NCBI GenBank assembly: GCA_028020825.1
Contig: CM051622.1
Span: 17,824,261 to 17,888,260, forward strand
Direction of reading: 5' to 3'
Length of the DNA stretch: 64,000 bases
Source of the DNA: Podargus strigoides
Taxonomy: Eukaryota
The notes under the pieces were generated by a model. It ran no database searches, was not told the origin of the DNA, and saw nothing but the letters and a program-made list of their open reading frames with translations. Positions 1 through 12,918 of this stretch are shown here, one piece after another; position 1 is the first letter of the stretch; every line of letters begins with the position of its first letter. The position numbers were made by a program, and so were the translations under genes.

Positions 1-2556
1 TCTCATTGTTAACTAGAGGGCATCTTAATCAATATTCACAGTCAAGTGTTTCCTATGATTGCTTTTACAGTGTTGCATGACGATGTGGAGGATGAAGGCA
101 GTGATTTGTTTGGTTTCTCTTTTGCAGAAGTAAGTTGGTCTAACGCTTTCTGTTCGGTAGTCACTGTGGTGGTCTAAAATAGTGATGTTACAGGATCTTT
201 TGCATTTTCATTGAAAGTGATTAAAGCAAGGTCAGGTCTGCTCTGAGATAAGGGCCTGCACTTCATAACCACCTGCTCCCCAGCTAGTCTTTGCTAGCAT
301 TTCTCATTATGCAATGTAGCTGTGTAGCGCATGTCTGGTTTTAGGAAAGTTTAATTTATGGCTCTCACTCATGAGCCACGTTGCCAATTCAGTTCCACCC
401 TCTTGTCTGCAAAAAAACCAAACTCTTTTTCTGTCAGCTCCCAAATAAAAGGACTTAAAAAAATATATTTTTTTTTTAAAGCAAAATTCACTTTGCATGG
501 TAGTGCATAGTTTATGAATATGTTTCTATTTCTGCATTTTAAAAGTAATGCTCTGTTTGTGAATCTTTTCTGTGTTATGACATGCTAATGCCATCTGTTT
601 CACAGAATTCTGTATTTTGGACAAATATTAAGTGTTTTTTTTTAATTTTTAATTTATGCAAAAGACAGGTTGTGGCCATTCTGTTTTTTTCTATTAGGAA
701 ATTCAAGTTTAGCCTTTATTCCAAAATACAAATAAGTCAGATCTTTGGAATTAAGCACTATCATTAAACTTCATTGAAAAAATAAGTTCTAGTCAAGCTC
801 ACTAATGCAGTATGTTTTAGAAGTTTTGCAAAATAGTGGGAAAAATACTACAAGCAAGCAGGAAATCAGCATTTATTTTACTAGGAACACTTTTTATTTA
901 CCACAAAGATACACTGATGGCTACAGAGCTTCAGCTTGGAAGCCATTTTCTTACACCTCCAGTTGCTCGATTCAACAGCATTTGCTTTGAAGCTTCGTCT
1001 CATTGAAATGTGGGGGGTTAGGGGGAATACTGAAGGTGAAAACAGGCTTATAGAACATTTTTTTTCTGGGACTTGAATGCATTTGAACTTGCTTTATTTT
1101 TTCTTCTGAATTTAGGCCAAAACTGAATTTAAACTTGGGCTGTGTTGTGGCAACTCGCAAACACAAGCAAGGTAAACCTGTATGAATGCAAGTGGGTTTT
1201 ATGTCCCCTGGACTGGGGAAGGATTTGACTAAGCAAGCATTTTCAGCTGCTTTTCTTGGGCTGTGTTTGTTAATTATTCTTTTTACATGTGTTCTTTAAA
1301 CTTTACTAACATGTTCTTAGTATGGGTGTCTAGTACTGTAAGAACACAAACTTGAGTACAAATAACATTCCATTGAAAGGCAACAAGCACAGATTGGTTT
1401 GTCTTGAAAATGTTTGGAATTGAAAGTTTTAAATAGTATGGGAACTTCCTGCTAAGGGTTCAGAGGGAGAGTGGAGAACTGCTCGACTGCTATGCTGTGG
1501 TAGGAAGGACTGTATCACTGAAGCGCCTCCTTCCCCCCACCTCTTTGCTCCTATTGCATCTTCTGCTTGGATAACCAGTCACAGCTATAAAGATCAGATG
1601 CCAGCAGTGTTCTGTGGTATTGGCGTATCTAAATTACATTAAGCTGCTTATTTGTCTAGTGTCAACTTAAAGGAGGTCTTAAAGTCTCCTTCTGTCATTG
1701 CTGTGGAGATTCACATTGATACAAATGAGAATAGGCCCAGTTAAACTTTACTCGTGTTGCATAAGGAGTCTCTTCTATAGAGAGCTGTTCTGTATGGGAG
1801 GCATAGGATATCTGTCTTCTGAGATTGGTGCATGTAATGTGCATCGCTAACCTTGCCCGAAGTAAACTAGAAACTCAAGATTTCATGATTATGGCTGTCA
1901 GTCTCTGCAGCAGTGTTCTCCAAGTCCTCTCACAGTCCATCAGAAACAACAGACTGAGCACAGGAGAACAACACAGTGCTTCCTAGCTGTATTGAGGCTG
2001 GTTTCTGCAGACTGTTTCTATGAGAGTCTTGACAGCTGTTTAGATTCGTGTGTACTTTGCAGAAGAGCAGGGATGGGTGAGCACACAACAGAATCAAAGA
2101 GCCTTCCTCATAGGTTGTCAGTAAGTGGTGTTAGTGTGATCTGTCATGTATTCTAAAGATTTTAACAGGCTAATCAATATCTGATGGCATATCTAAAGGA
2201 AAATATTTGGGCAGCAAATGAAAAATGAATCCTGGAATGTTATAGTCATGCATTTTACTCTCAGAGGATAAAGATCACTACCACCTACTAAGGTTTTGTT
2301 CAGCCTTGCCAAAATTGTCAAATGAAAAATAGTAACTAAAGTTTGCTTTCTACTAGCATCATCTTAAAATTAAACTTTTTGAAAAATGAGGTATCTGTAG
2401 GATATCACAGTATGAATTTTATTGTTGTAGTAACAGGTGTGTATATGTATTTAATGATGGATTTTCAAATAGTCAATTTGTGTCTAAAGTATTTGTGAGA
2501 AGTTTGATATTTTATTTTAAATGTATAGCTTTTTACCTTAAAAGTTTGTTTTGCAG

Positions 2557-2656
2557 GCCCTTCAGTCACAATACTGAAAAGAGAAATGTTCAGCACCCAG
2601 TTTCTTCAAATGGTGGACTGAGGAATAATCGAGCTTTAGCTTCACCGGAACACACA
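2557..2656 (+). CDS. RNF17: candidate RNF17 exon (..PFSHNTEKRNVQHPVSSNGGLRNNRALASPEHT), phase 2 in / 0 out
   Basis: Acceptor ttgttttgcag| and donor |gtgcgt; only one frame is open; exit phase matches the next exon. Assignment is weak. Confidence 0.3.
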
Positions 2657-3439
2657 GTGCGTTAATATGGAATTTTCTTATATTCTCACTCATTAGTATT
2701 GCATATGCATAGTTAATACTGCATTTCTTAAAACACAAAAACTTGCAGCCTTAATAGGCATATGCTACTATTCCATCGTAACGAAGAATTGATGTGCAGC
2801 TACGGTGTTAATAAAAGTAGCTTGACAAAATTAATGTAGCTCAGACCCAATCAGATCATTGCTGAGGAGGCCTAATGTATTCAGCTGGCTGTCAAATTAT
2901 GTCTTTTGAATTTAGCTTTTTTTAAAGAAATACCTGATGTTTCACAATGTTTGGGTTTGGGGCTTTAAAATTTCTTTTAAAATTTGAGACAGTTGCAAGG
3001 CTCATGCAGCACATCCTTAAAGTAGTCGTTCAGGGCAGCATGGTTGTTGAACAAATGGATCTCTCTTGAAACATTCTATTATGTTTTCTAACCTGATCTT
3101 AATGAAGTTTGTGAAGTTTTAGGGCAGGTGAACTAATGTTGTGGATGTTTTAAAATGACAGACTAAGTTGGAAATTAACGATACATCTGGTGCCAGTTCT
3201 GTTTTCTTCTGTGGAGATTGTCCTGTGCAGTTACCTTGAAAGAATTGTAACTTGCAAATGTCTGTCTTGGCTTCTTAGGTAGTTTTGCTATAGTGCCCAT
3301 TAACATTTGAAAATTATTTTCTTTTCTGAATGTTTTTTGGAAAAGTCTGTTTGAAATAAAGCCATATCATGTTACCTTTAACTTCAGTATGCTACTGTTG
3401 ACAAAATATTAAAGGAAATAACTTGAGGATATCTGTGAA

Positions 3440-4140
3440 GTATCTTGAGTTTGAGGTTATGTTTTGCCAATTAGTAGGCCCAGTACAAAAGACACAGCCA
3501 GCAGTAGAACAACAATCCAGTAGGTAGGTTCTATTTCACGTAAAGGGGTCTGTATATAGAGGATCGCTGGGGGTACAAACAAGTCAGATAGATCACGAAT
3601 AACAGACATCGACCCCAGGAATGACACAGTATCGCTCATAATAGATGGAACAAACAGAGACACGAGATAACCCACAGAGAAAATGGGAGACAACCAGGAG
3701 AACAAGGCAGTTACATATGACAGAAGTAACCCCATGTTGCCTCCCCACAAAGCCCGCGTTTGTATGTGCCAGACCTGACTGTGGTCCAGTTGCATGAGTG
3801 GTCAGGAGGTCCTTCCCCAACAGGAAACTCTGTGAAGTGCGTCCACTCCACAGACAGACTCTCCAACCCTTCCTGCAAGTGGGCCCAGCTTTTATCCCCA
3901 AACAGGACACCTGGCACTCGTTATCAAAATGCAGGGCACCTGGGGCTTGTTTACCCGAGGGCTTTCCTTGCAAGGCCAGCCGCACCTTGGAGGAAAGCCA
4001 AAAGGTAAACTCATCCCCTCCTCTTAAAGGGCTGTGGGAACCACCCGTATGTTAACCTTAATTCAGGGCTGGGGGTTCAGACCCCAGCACTTCAGGTTAT
4101 AAGTAATATGTTTATAATAGTCACCTCTTCCATTGACAGA
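3440..4140. other. GC-rich block unlike its AT-rich flanks, with overlapping ORFs on both strands; a candidate ERV/LTR-derived remnant or a pseudogenised fragment of a membrane protein
   Basis: Compositional shift. The minus ORF 3457..3795 encodes a polytopic hydrophobic peptide (...WIVVLLLAVSFVLGLLIGKT*). Plus ORFs 3760..4008 and 3798..4055 overlap it. No splice-consistent link to RNF17. Confidence 0.3.
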
Positions 4141-5531
4141 ATATTTCCTTTTTTTTTTTGAGAAAGCTTTTGCGAATGAGCTCATTTATTGAGATTCCAG
4201 TTTAACTGCTGCTTTGGGTTCTTAAGTTGTTTTTGTTTTTTTTCAGACTCCTTTCTTTTGTGGCTGATGATTACTAGATCTTTGGCAGTATCATTTCTTA
4301 AGTCAGTGAATGAGTATATCTGTATCTTTTGAGTTTTGGAAGGATTTTTATTGCTGTGCCATTGGCCATAATGAGAACCACAAAGTAGAGAGAAAGCAAT
4401 GGAATTCCATGACATCTTTATCTATTATGTCTCCTTGCATCTGCTCAAATTAGTGGGAATAGTTGTCGTAGGGAAGTATTCGTAACACAGTTAACATCCA
4501 AGTCATGATAGGAAGAGGATTTTCCTCCCTTTTTCTGCTCTTAGGAAGGAGTTATAATTGGTCTGAGATACTCATATACATTAATTGGAAGCTTGTTCTA
4601 GAGATGAAGGTGACAATGAACATCTTTAATAAACTCCATAATTGTATGTGTGACTAACTGGTCTCTCCCAGACTGTGGGCAGTACTTCCTTTCAGTTATA
4701 TCAGTGTCTGGTCAGAGGCAGAACTATTTCAGGTTTTTGAACTCTAAGCTTTAATTTCTCTCTAGTTTGTGTTTGCTCTCCTTAACACTAGTGAGGAACC
4801 CTTTAGAAATTGGAGATATTTGCATGTTAATTAAGTTGCCTTTTGGCAAGGGGAACTGGTTGCCTAATAGTGACAGGCTTACACAGCACCATCCCTGACT
4901 TCTTGGGGCATCCCCAGCTGATGATCTCATTTTGCTTTTAGCAAAATACCAGCACTCTAACCAGTGCTCCTAACACTAGCTTTAGTAGTGCCAGTGACAA
5001 AATAAGACATTTCTGTATGTGCATTTACTTCTGTGTCAATTCATATGCAAGTATTTTATTGTCTTTTCTTGCATCAGCATAACACTGGGAGCTTACTACA
5101 TTTTTTTTATTTTCCCCAAATGATATTCCTAAATATCTTTTTTTCTAGGCTGCGGTATTCCCATTCTTCAGTCTTGCATGTTTTCTTTCCTCTGTATTAG
5201 TAACTTTGTTTTGCGTTTCCTTCATGTACTGTCTTTTTCATTTGGGGTTTTTTTAGGGTGTGTGCACAAGCAAATTGCATGTATTTAACAAAAAAAAAAA
5301 AAAGATTTAGAATTCATGTTTCAGAAATACTGCAACGTAAATGTTCTCAGTTTAATTCAAGTGAGCTAAGTATTTTGGGCCTGTTTGCAGATTTAGAGCT
5401 GCTCAGAGCCTTACACAGATTATCATTCACCCATACCGAGTATCTCTTTGTCAAAATGGCAACTGAGTATAGCCCATCTTGTCTCTGAGTCATGGAAGCA
5501 AATTTATATTCACTGGTAAATCTTTCCTCAG

Positions 5532-5612
5532 GACACCGAAGCTATGGAAGATATTGATGAAGCTTTAGGCATCGCTTTTTGTGATCTCAGCCGCTTAAAT
5601 GATGCAGAAGAG
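5532..5612 (+). CDS. RNF17: RNF17 exon (DTEAMEDIDEALGIAFCDLSRLNDAEE)
   Basis: Acceptor tctttcctcag| and donor |gtgggtg; a single open frame; phase 0/0 links to the neighbouring exons. Confidence 0.45.
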
Positions 5613-7095
5613 GTGGGTGAAAATAAATAAATCATGAAATATTAAATCTCATCCTTGATTGAAGCTTGTTGTTATGAGTAGTCACACATTAACATGGTTT
5701 TAATGCATTTGTTTTGACATTCCAATTGTCCTTCAACTGTTTGTGCTGTTTCTGTGAATATAGAGCTTTAAACACCAGACTACAGCCTGGACTTCACAGA
5801 CTACAGGAGTAGCCCATAAAGGAGTGCATGAGCATGTGCATAACTTAAGTACTAGGTCAATCCATATATTTAGCAGAACCATATATAAGCCTGTCTTCAA
5901 GTACTAAACTTGTGTTGCCTTGAATCGGGGTAAAATTCAGCATTTGTTCTTGCTCTAGCAACTGTGCTAACTTTCTAGTTTTCATGTGCCTCTTTCTGGA
6001 TTTAAAGGTGGAAAAGAAATTATGTGGGCAACAGAAGTAATAATTTTAAGAGACACTGTGCAAAACATGTAAATCAAGTAATGCATTTTTATGCACGGTA
6101 GAAAACGTAGGAAGAATCCTAAAATATTGGATAATGCTGTTAATAGTTTTTACTGAGTAATCTATGAACTTCATCAATGAAAATTATTTTATTTAAACTT
6201 CAACTCTTCTTCAGTGTTCTGTGGAAAAGCTTGCAGTTCTGTCTTGGCCATTTATTTACATCTTCCATGTATCTAAGATACCCAGGCATAGAAGTGTTCA
6301 ATGATCCAGAAACTTAAAGCAAATTTGTGCTAGTAAGTGTGGCCTGAAATGTCCTTAAAACCTGTTTTCCCTTCCCTTTCTAACTTGTTCTGTTGCAGTG
6401 ACTGATCTGTCAGTTAAGCAAAGTTATGTTAAATACCTAATTCATATAGTAGTAGCATCTTGTAAAAACCTAGCATTTCAGCAGCTCTAATATAATAACT
6501 CGTGCATACAACTGTTGTCTTCCAGCAGCTTCTCAACAAAGACCGATGACTGCCAAAGCAGTGTTGCATTACAGATTTTTTTTCCATAGTCTCTTCATTA
6601 CTGTAACTATAGCAACGATACTGATGCTTAGCCAGAGGAAGAATTTTTTTTTTTTTTTCCTTTATGTTCACAATGGTTTTAAAAAAATTAGAAATCACAG
6701 CGTGCTAGTTACCTGTGTATGGTGCTATATTAGAATATGAAGTAAGGAAAGTGAGGCAGCGGGCCCGAGCTCTATGTGATTCTTGCCTCATGGTCCTAAA
6801 GACTTCAGTTCACGTGAGGATCCAGGCAGTGTGAGCTAACTAGACCTTAGAGAAAATAAAGGGATTAATTAACTATAATTTTTCTTCTGTTATATTATGA
6901 AGTCATCCTCTCATTTAATTTTTTTTTTTTTTTTTTTTTATACCAACCACAGTGTGTTTAGTGTCACTCTTTCTGCTGGAATATTGATTACTGTTTTGCC
7001 ATTCATTGCTTCTGTTCTGGATTTTTAAAAAAAAAGTAGTAATGTGAGAATAATGAAATAATAAATGCATGTTTATTCAATACTGAATGAAATAG

Positions 7096-7196
7096 ATGCT
7101 GAAATACTTGGAATTCAAAGTGAAGCAGGAAGGAGACAAAGTTGCAGAAACTGCAGATGGAATGTTTGATGAACTGCTTACATCTCTCCTGTCAAG
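7096..7196 (+). CDS. RNF17: RNF17 exon (MLKYLEFKVKQEGDKVAETADGMFDELLTSLLS), phase 0 in / 2 out
   Basis: Acceptor aaatag| and donor tcaag|gtagta. The exit phase (ag) completes AGA with the first base of exon 8030, so the two exons are mutually consistent. Confidence 0.45.
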
Positions 7197-7664
7197 GTAG
7201 TAATGTGGTTTGTAGGGTGGCAGGGGTGAGTTGTTTTTATCGAGTTGTTGTTTCTACTTCAGATAAAAGAATTCTAAATTTCAGTCTTCCTTGTGACAGT
7301 GTTTCATAATACTTGTCTTTTTTTGTCTATTTTTGTGCAATATTTTTTCCCTTTCGTAGTGGCATCTTGGAGCTGGTTGGAGAACACGAAGAGACAACCT
7401 CTGCTCTTTAAAAAGAGAAAGAACTTAGAATATTCCTAATGATGTTGGTTTTCTGAAATAGCTCCGTTATGAGAGTGTTTTTGATTCTGCCATTGGTGGA
7501 TGATCAGTTTAACAGCAAGAATAAATTTTTTAAAACTGTATTTTCTGCAAATTTTCAAGCTGATAGAAGCCAGTGGGCACTTCTTCATTTTCAGAAATAT
7601 TTGTATCTTAAGATTTAAGTGGGGGAGGGGTGTCAAAGCTTAGGATTCCAGAAGATCCTCCAAG

Positions 7665-7667
<3 letters not shown>

Positions 7668-7705
<38 letters not shown>

Positions 7706-7715
7706 AAAACACCAC
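7668..7715 (+). repeat. (A)48 homopolymer followed by (CAAAA/CACCA)-like A/C-rich sequence
   Basis: Uninterrupted run of about 48 A. Confidence 0.9.
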
Positions 7716-8029
7716 AACACCAAACCCAGCATGTTTAGTTTTCATTTGGATGTGTGTGTAAATACCAAGAGGCTTGAATGGAAGAGTGCTTTAAACATTT
7801 CATAAACTATTTCTCCAAACAAAGTGGCTTTTCAGTATGAGCTCCTAACATTTGTGGTTCCTATGATTATTAAGTTGGGGTTTCCATGCTTTCCGCTTCT
7901 CAATGTTTGAGGGAAATGATATGTCTGTGAGAGATATTTGTATTGTGGTATAACGCAATTGTGTGTTGAGGTTTGAATCTGTATGACTGAGTGCTTATTA
8001 AATTCTGAAAAGCAGTGTTTTTAATACAG

Positions 8030-8201
8030 AAAAAAGAAGTTGTGTGCAGAATTGGTGAGGGGAATCGACAGCTACAGTGCTGGTATTGCAAAAGCTAAGG
8101 AGGTCATTGAACAGAAGAAAAACTGCTTGGATGGTGCCATTAGGATTGCAAAGGAATTAAAAATTGTACCTTCTACAAGACTCTACTGTGGTATTGCTCA
8201 G
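8030..8201 (+). CDS. RNF17: RNF17 exon (R KKKLCAELVRGIDSYSAGIAKAKEVIEQKKNCLDGAIRIAKELKIVPSTRLYCGIAQ)
   Basis: ORF-track frame 8040..8222; acceptor ttaatacag| and donor cag|gtagtt; phase 2 in / 0 out. Confidence 0.6.
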
Positions 8202-9562
8202 GTAGTTAAATTCTTGCTCTGAAATAACTTATTTTTAATGAATACATTCAAATTTGGATTGGAAGTTTCTGTGATCTTTTAGTTGGCTGACTTCAATATG
8301 GAGATTTTTGCAGTAATGTATTCTTACCCCACTTCTACAAACACAGAGTTTATATTTGGTCTTGGTTGCAAATTAGGGTCTGGTGACTCACATGAAACAA
8401 AGATGGTCGTTGCCTTGAACAACTTGCTGTGTGAAACAGCAAATGGAGGGGGAGGGCCGGAAAACTCTGACATGATACTGATCAGTGAAAAGGCAGTGTT
8501 TGCAGCACTTCATAAGTTTCTCAAGCCTTTCCCATTCCAGAGCTCTCCAGCCTTTTCACTGAACTGCTCCAGAATTAATAGCTGTTCTTCCCTGATCCTC
8601 TTGGTCCCAGGCCTTTACTTCCATTCTTCTTCCCCATCATTTCTGCTGTTCATAGAAACCCATGGTACCTGCCATGCGGTGTCAGACCAAAGGTCCATCC
8701 TGTGAAATCTTCTGTCTCTGAAAACAAAGAGGAAAAAAAATCTAAGAACACGGGCATTTAAGGATGATTAAGATTAAGGTTTTTATAGTCAGTAGGATAC
8801 TCAGCATTATGACCCTGATGTAAAAATTACCTCATTGTGCCATAAGCTTGTGTAACACTTTCCTGAATGTCTTTATAATGCTTGTGGCAGTGTGTATGCT
8901 GTGTACACATGTACATTATATGTATGCATATGCAGTGGCAGCAAGTTCCACATTTTAAGATTTAACATTTAAATTTTAATATTTAAAATGAGCTGTTTAT
9001 AAAATAGCTCCCTCTGTTCTTTCTGAATGTGCTACCCAGTTAATTCATTTGGAGTCTTTGTAGTCCTTGTGTTGAGAAAAATAATGAGTAACTGCTCTTG
9101 TCATTCTTTAAAGTAGTGTGATTTTTAGACTGTCATGTTCCCTGCATCCTGGGAAGAAACTTTCCATATGAAGAAACTTAGTCTTTCTTGTGTGATCCCT
9201 CCTTTTTTCTGTTGTTTTCCTCCATCTTCTCAGTGTGACTTTTAGGGAGCTGGCACTCCCCACTGTCCTCCCATAGGCTTACCTTCTTACTTAGCAGTCA
9301 CCTTCTCAGTAGCTGTTCATACACAAGGAAGATCTGACTCCTGCTTCTGTTTACATGCTAACATTATAAGTCCCCAACCATGAGGTCTTGGCAATGGAAG
9401 TAGATATAATTGAGAATTGGCTATTAATGAGTAAACTCTCTGGGGTTTTTTTCTGTAAAATTAAAGATGTCATACTCTGGCTTTGTCATGTTGTAGATAA
9501 TAGATGCCTGTACAATCTGATTTTTGTGTAATAGAAGCTAAAACTGTATTTCTCAATTTCAG

Positions 9563-9639
9563 GTTATTTATAATTTAAATTTGCTGGTTGAGGCTGAGCT
9601 CTCAAGAGTGAATAGTTTGAAGGAAATTGTATCTCCAAG
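9563..9639 (+). CDS. RNF17: RNF17 exon (VIYNLNLLVEAELSRVNSLKEIVSP), phase 0 in / 2 out
   Basis: Acceptor tctcaatttcag| and donor ccaag|gtaaat; the phase links to exon 11648. Confidence 0.55.
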
Positions 9640-10385
9640 GTAAATGGCTAGAGCGGGAGATATATTGGGAGATATATGGATGCACGGTTATCTTAATTAA
9701 AAAACTTGTTCATTTAACAGTTAAACAGCAGAAATCAAGCTGCTTTACTTGCATTTTACTGAAAAACTACTAGTTCAGTTGTATATAAACTCATCACTAA
9801 CAATGCACAGCAACTGAGGCATCAGGGAGAAAGCACATACCATTTGCTGCTATGTAAATAAATACATAATGCATTTTTAAAATTCTTGATAGGCTTCTGC
9901 CACTTCCAGACTTCTTCTGCTTCCTTTGTAAGTAGAAATAAATTGAGGAACTAATGGCTTAATTTTTTAAAAAATGGATCTGTTTCTCACCTTTAGGAAA
10001 GATGTAGATGGTCTTTGGGGCACTGATGTCTAAGAAGAAATTTGTTGAAAATCCCAGTTACCATTTTGCCCTCACTGGAAGTGACAAATATGTTTTCTAT
10101 ACCAGAAATGAGCAAGAAAATGTGTCATGACTGTGGTACAGCTGACCCTAGGTAGCTTGGTCATAAGGCTGATCAAAGTACTGTAATCCTAGAATATGAA
10201 GGCCACATTTAGGAATGACGAAGGAGGGACAGAATAAAGATGGTTGGAACATCTTGGGGATCCCATTGTATTCAGGACATGGAGCCACTCTCTGGGATAG
10301 AGTGGTTGTGTGCCATCAGATTCTGACTGGCACAGAGGAATGAAGTTCAAAGTTGATTACTTGCATACAAAGTGGGAAAAATTAT

Positions 10386-10500
10386 CACAGAATCACTTAA
10401 GTTGGAAAAGACCCTTAAAATCATCAAGTCCAACCGTTGACCTAACACTGCCAAGTCCACCACTGAACCATGTCCCTAAGCACCATCTCTACACATTTTA
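10386..10500 (-). mobile_element. CR1 LINE 3'-terminal fragment, antisense
   Basis: The CR1 3' end is present in reverse complement (cacagaatca...gttggaaaagaccc...aagtccaaccgttgacctaacactgccaagtccaccac). Confidence 0.7.
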
Positions 10501-10940
10501 AATCGTAGAACAGTGTGAGTTGGAAGGGACCTTTTAAAAGTCATCTAGTCCAGTCACCCTGCAATAAGCAGGGGTATCTCCAGCTAGATCAGGGTGCTCA
10601 GAGTCCTGTCCAACCTGACCTTGAATGTTTCCAGGGGTGGGGCATCTACCACCTCTCTGGGCAGCCTGTTCCAATGTTTCACCATGCTCAGCAAAAAAAA
10701 TTTCAACCTCAAATCTTGTCTGAATCTACTCTTTTAGTTTAAAACCATTACCCCTTGTCCTATTGCTACAGGCCCTATTAAAATCCGTCCCCATCTTTCT
10801 TATAAGCCCCCTTTAAGTAGTGAAAGGCCACAGTAATGTCTGCCTGGAGCCTTCTCTTCTCCAGGCTAAACAACCCCAGCTCTCAGCCAAATGCCTCCAG
10901 GGATGTTGACTGAATGGCTTCCCTGGGCAGCCTGTTGCAG
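10501..10940 (-). mobile_element. Second CR1 fragment, antisense, abutting the first
   Basis: Reverse complement of the CR1 3' region (gttggaagggacc...catctagtcca...ctctctgggcagcctgttccaatg...ctccaggctaaacaaccccagctctc). Confidence 0.7.
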
Positions 10941-11647
10941 TGCTTGACTGAGAAAATGGTGCCACTCCAAAATCACACCAGTGGTGAAAAAAATCACAAC
11001 TAGGAGGTGTATAGGAGTTGAGGCATGTTCTGTAGACAAATACCGTAGAATGAAGGGTCGACATGCTCCTGAAGGGGCAGGGGAGGAAGAAGACAAGATT
11101 GGCAATTAAATACTGCTTACACTTCAGTTTTCACAAACTGTTTGTTATAAGTGGACATGACAGCAAAGGATTTGAGTGAATGAAATTATATTTAAAGTTT
11201 TTCTAGCCTAACTGTAAAAGCACTTAAAAGATTTTTACTAGCTTTCATCAGTAAAGGAAACAGCTGTTTGTTAAACAACAAAAAGAACATACATTTTGGA
11301 CTTCAGTTACAGTTTTATTGTTCAGAACTGTTAGGGAATTCTTTTTCCTCTTGTAGTATAATTTATTGAACCAAACTGGATATAGGTGTGAAAACTCAGT
11401 AAGTGAATGTTGGAGTACTCTGCATGAGAGAGAAAGGAAAAGGCAAGAGAGTGTTTAAGTATGAATGTGAAAATCAATGAGCAACAAAATCAGTTGTTAA
11501 TAGGAGTGGAATAATGAAACTGAACTAGGTAATTAATCTCTTATTTTGCCCCTTTGTGAATATCATCCTGAAAAATATTGTACATCTCAAACTATCAGAA
11601 TGATTTAGGTACATCACCTTCTATAATGTTTCTTCTCTTTTCTCAAG

Positions 11648-11722
11648 ATTATTCCTAAACACTGATGAGATTACACCTTTGTTAGAAAATCTGGGCAAGA
11701 TTGAATGGGGAACAACAGAGCA
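11648..11722 (+). CDS. RNF17: RNF17 exon (R LFLNTDEITPLLENLGKIEWGTTE), phase 2 in / 2 out
   Basis: Acceptor ttctcttttctcaag| and donor ca|gtaagt, which is the consensus donor. Confidence 0.5.
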
Positions 11723-12039
11723 GTAAGTATTTTTTAATAAAGGGTATAGGTACAGTAACTTCTAATGGTTAAATATTTATCGGAGATGAAATTTAAAATT
11801 AAAAATAATCTGTAAACGATTATAGATTTCTAAGACTATCATGAAACAAAGTAAAACTTCAGATGCTGGTATTTCAATCAGCATTCCAGTTAATCCAGTT
11901 AGTGTTTCAGTTCTGACATTTCAGTTTTACTTGTTTCACCCAACTATATTTCACTGTATCGTTTATCAAGATTTTTTTATGCTGTGTGCTTTTCAGCTTT
12001 ATCTGGCATTTAATGATACAGTCATAGAATTGTGGAATT

Positions 12040-12145
12040 GTTTAGGTTGAGAGATACCTTTAAGATGATCCAGGCCGACCGTAAACCTAACATTGCCAAG
12101 TCCACCACTAAACATGCCCCTAAGCACCACATCTACATGTTCATA
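12040..12145 (-). mobile_element. Short CR1 3'-end fragment, antisense
   Basis: ccgaccgtaaacctaacattgccaagtccaccactaaacatgcccctaagcacca. Confidence 0.55.
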
Positions 12146-12918
12146 GTACACATAATAGAGGTGTTTATCATTTCAGTATATTAATTATAATATTATAATT
12201 TATAATAATTATTTTGTATAAGTGTAAATAAATCTATAAAATCAACAGCAAATACTGAAATTTATAGTATTTCCATTTCACTAAATACTGATTGCATCAA
12301 ATGCCAAAAGAAATTACTTAAGATGAACTTGAACCAGAAAAAAAGCTGACCTTTATTGTAAAAATTGTAATTGCTTTTATTTGTCCCATTTATTTATTTT
12401 TCCCTGTAGTCTTTGACAAAAACTTCAGAAAATGGAATGGGGTTGCAGTTAGGGCCATTGTGGTTAGCATTGGTTATGTTAAAAAAGGTTTATTGCATAC
12501 TGTAATATTTGAAAATCCTGCAGATTGCAGTGAAGAGTAACTGTTAGTACAAAAGCCTTTTGCTTTTTACATGATCGATCTATCACATTATTAACTTTTT
12601 TTTTTTTTTTTCAAATAGTTTATATTTGTACCTGTGGTCCCTGTTTGATCATTTAAGCAGAGGTAGTTCTTGCACTAAGCTGTGCCCAGGAATATGTGCC
12701 ATTTCTGTGTCAGTCCCTTTTAGGTTTCAGAAATCATGTTACTGTTGCTGTTGTCTTGGTATTCAAAAGCGTAAATTTATTTCAACAAGCTCTTATGAGG
12801 TGTTTTCTTAACATAATGACATGTTCTTAATAATATCTCTGCTTTGACTTCTGTGCTTTTCTGAAAACAGACTGGAATATAATAAACTGTCTCCAAATAA
12901 ATATTTTCCCAAATACAG

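Noticed and set aside
7361-7410. Possible small exon (SGILELVGEHEETTSAL*) after acceptor ccctttcgtag|
   Set aside because: It introduces an in-frame stop and is not needed for phase continuity between exons 7096-7196 and 8030-8201. At most it is an alternative terminal exon.
8283-8705. 140-aa plus-strand ORF immediately downstream of RNF17 exon 8030-8201
   Set aside because: It starts in the intron after a consensus donor. Its composition is low-complexity and Ser/Leu-rich, it has no Tudor or coiled-coil similarity, and its phase does not link to neighbouring exons.
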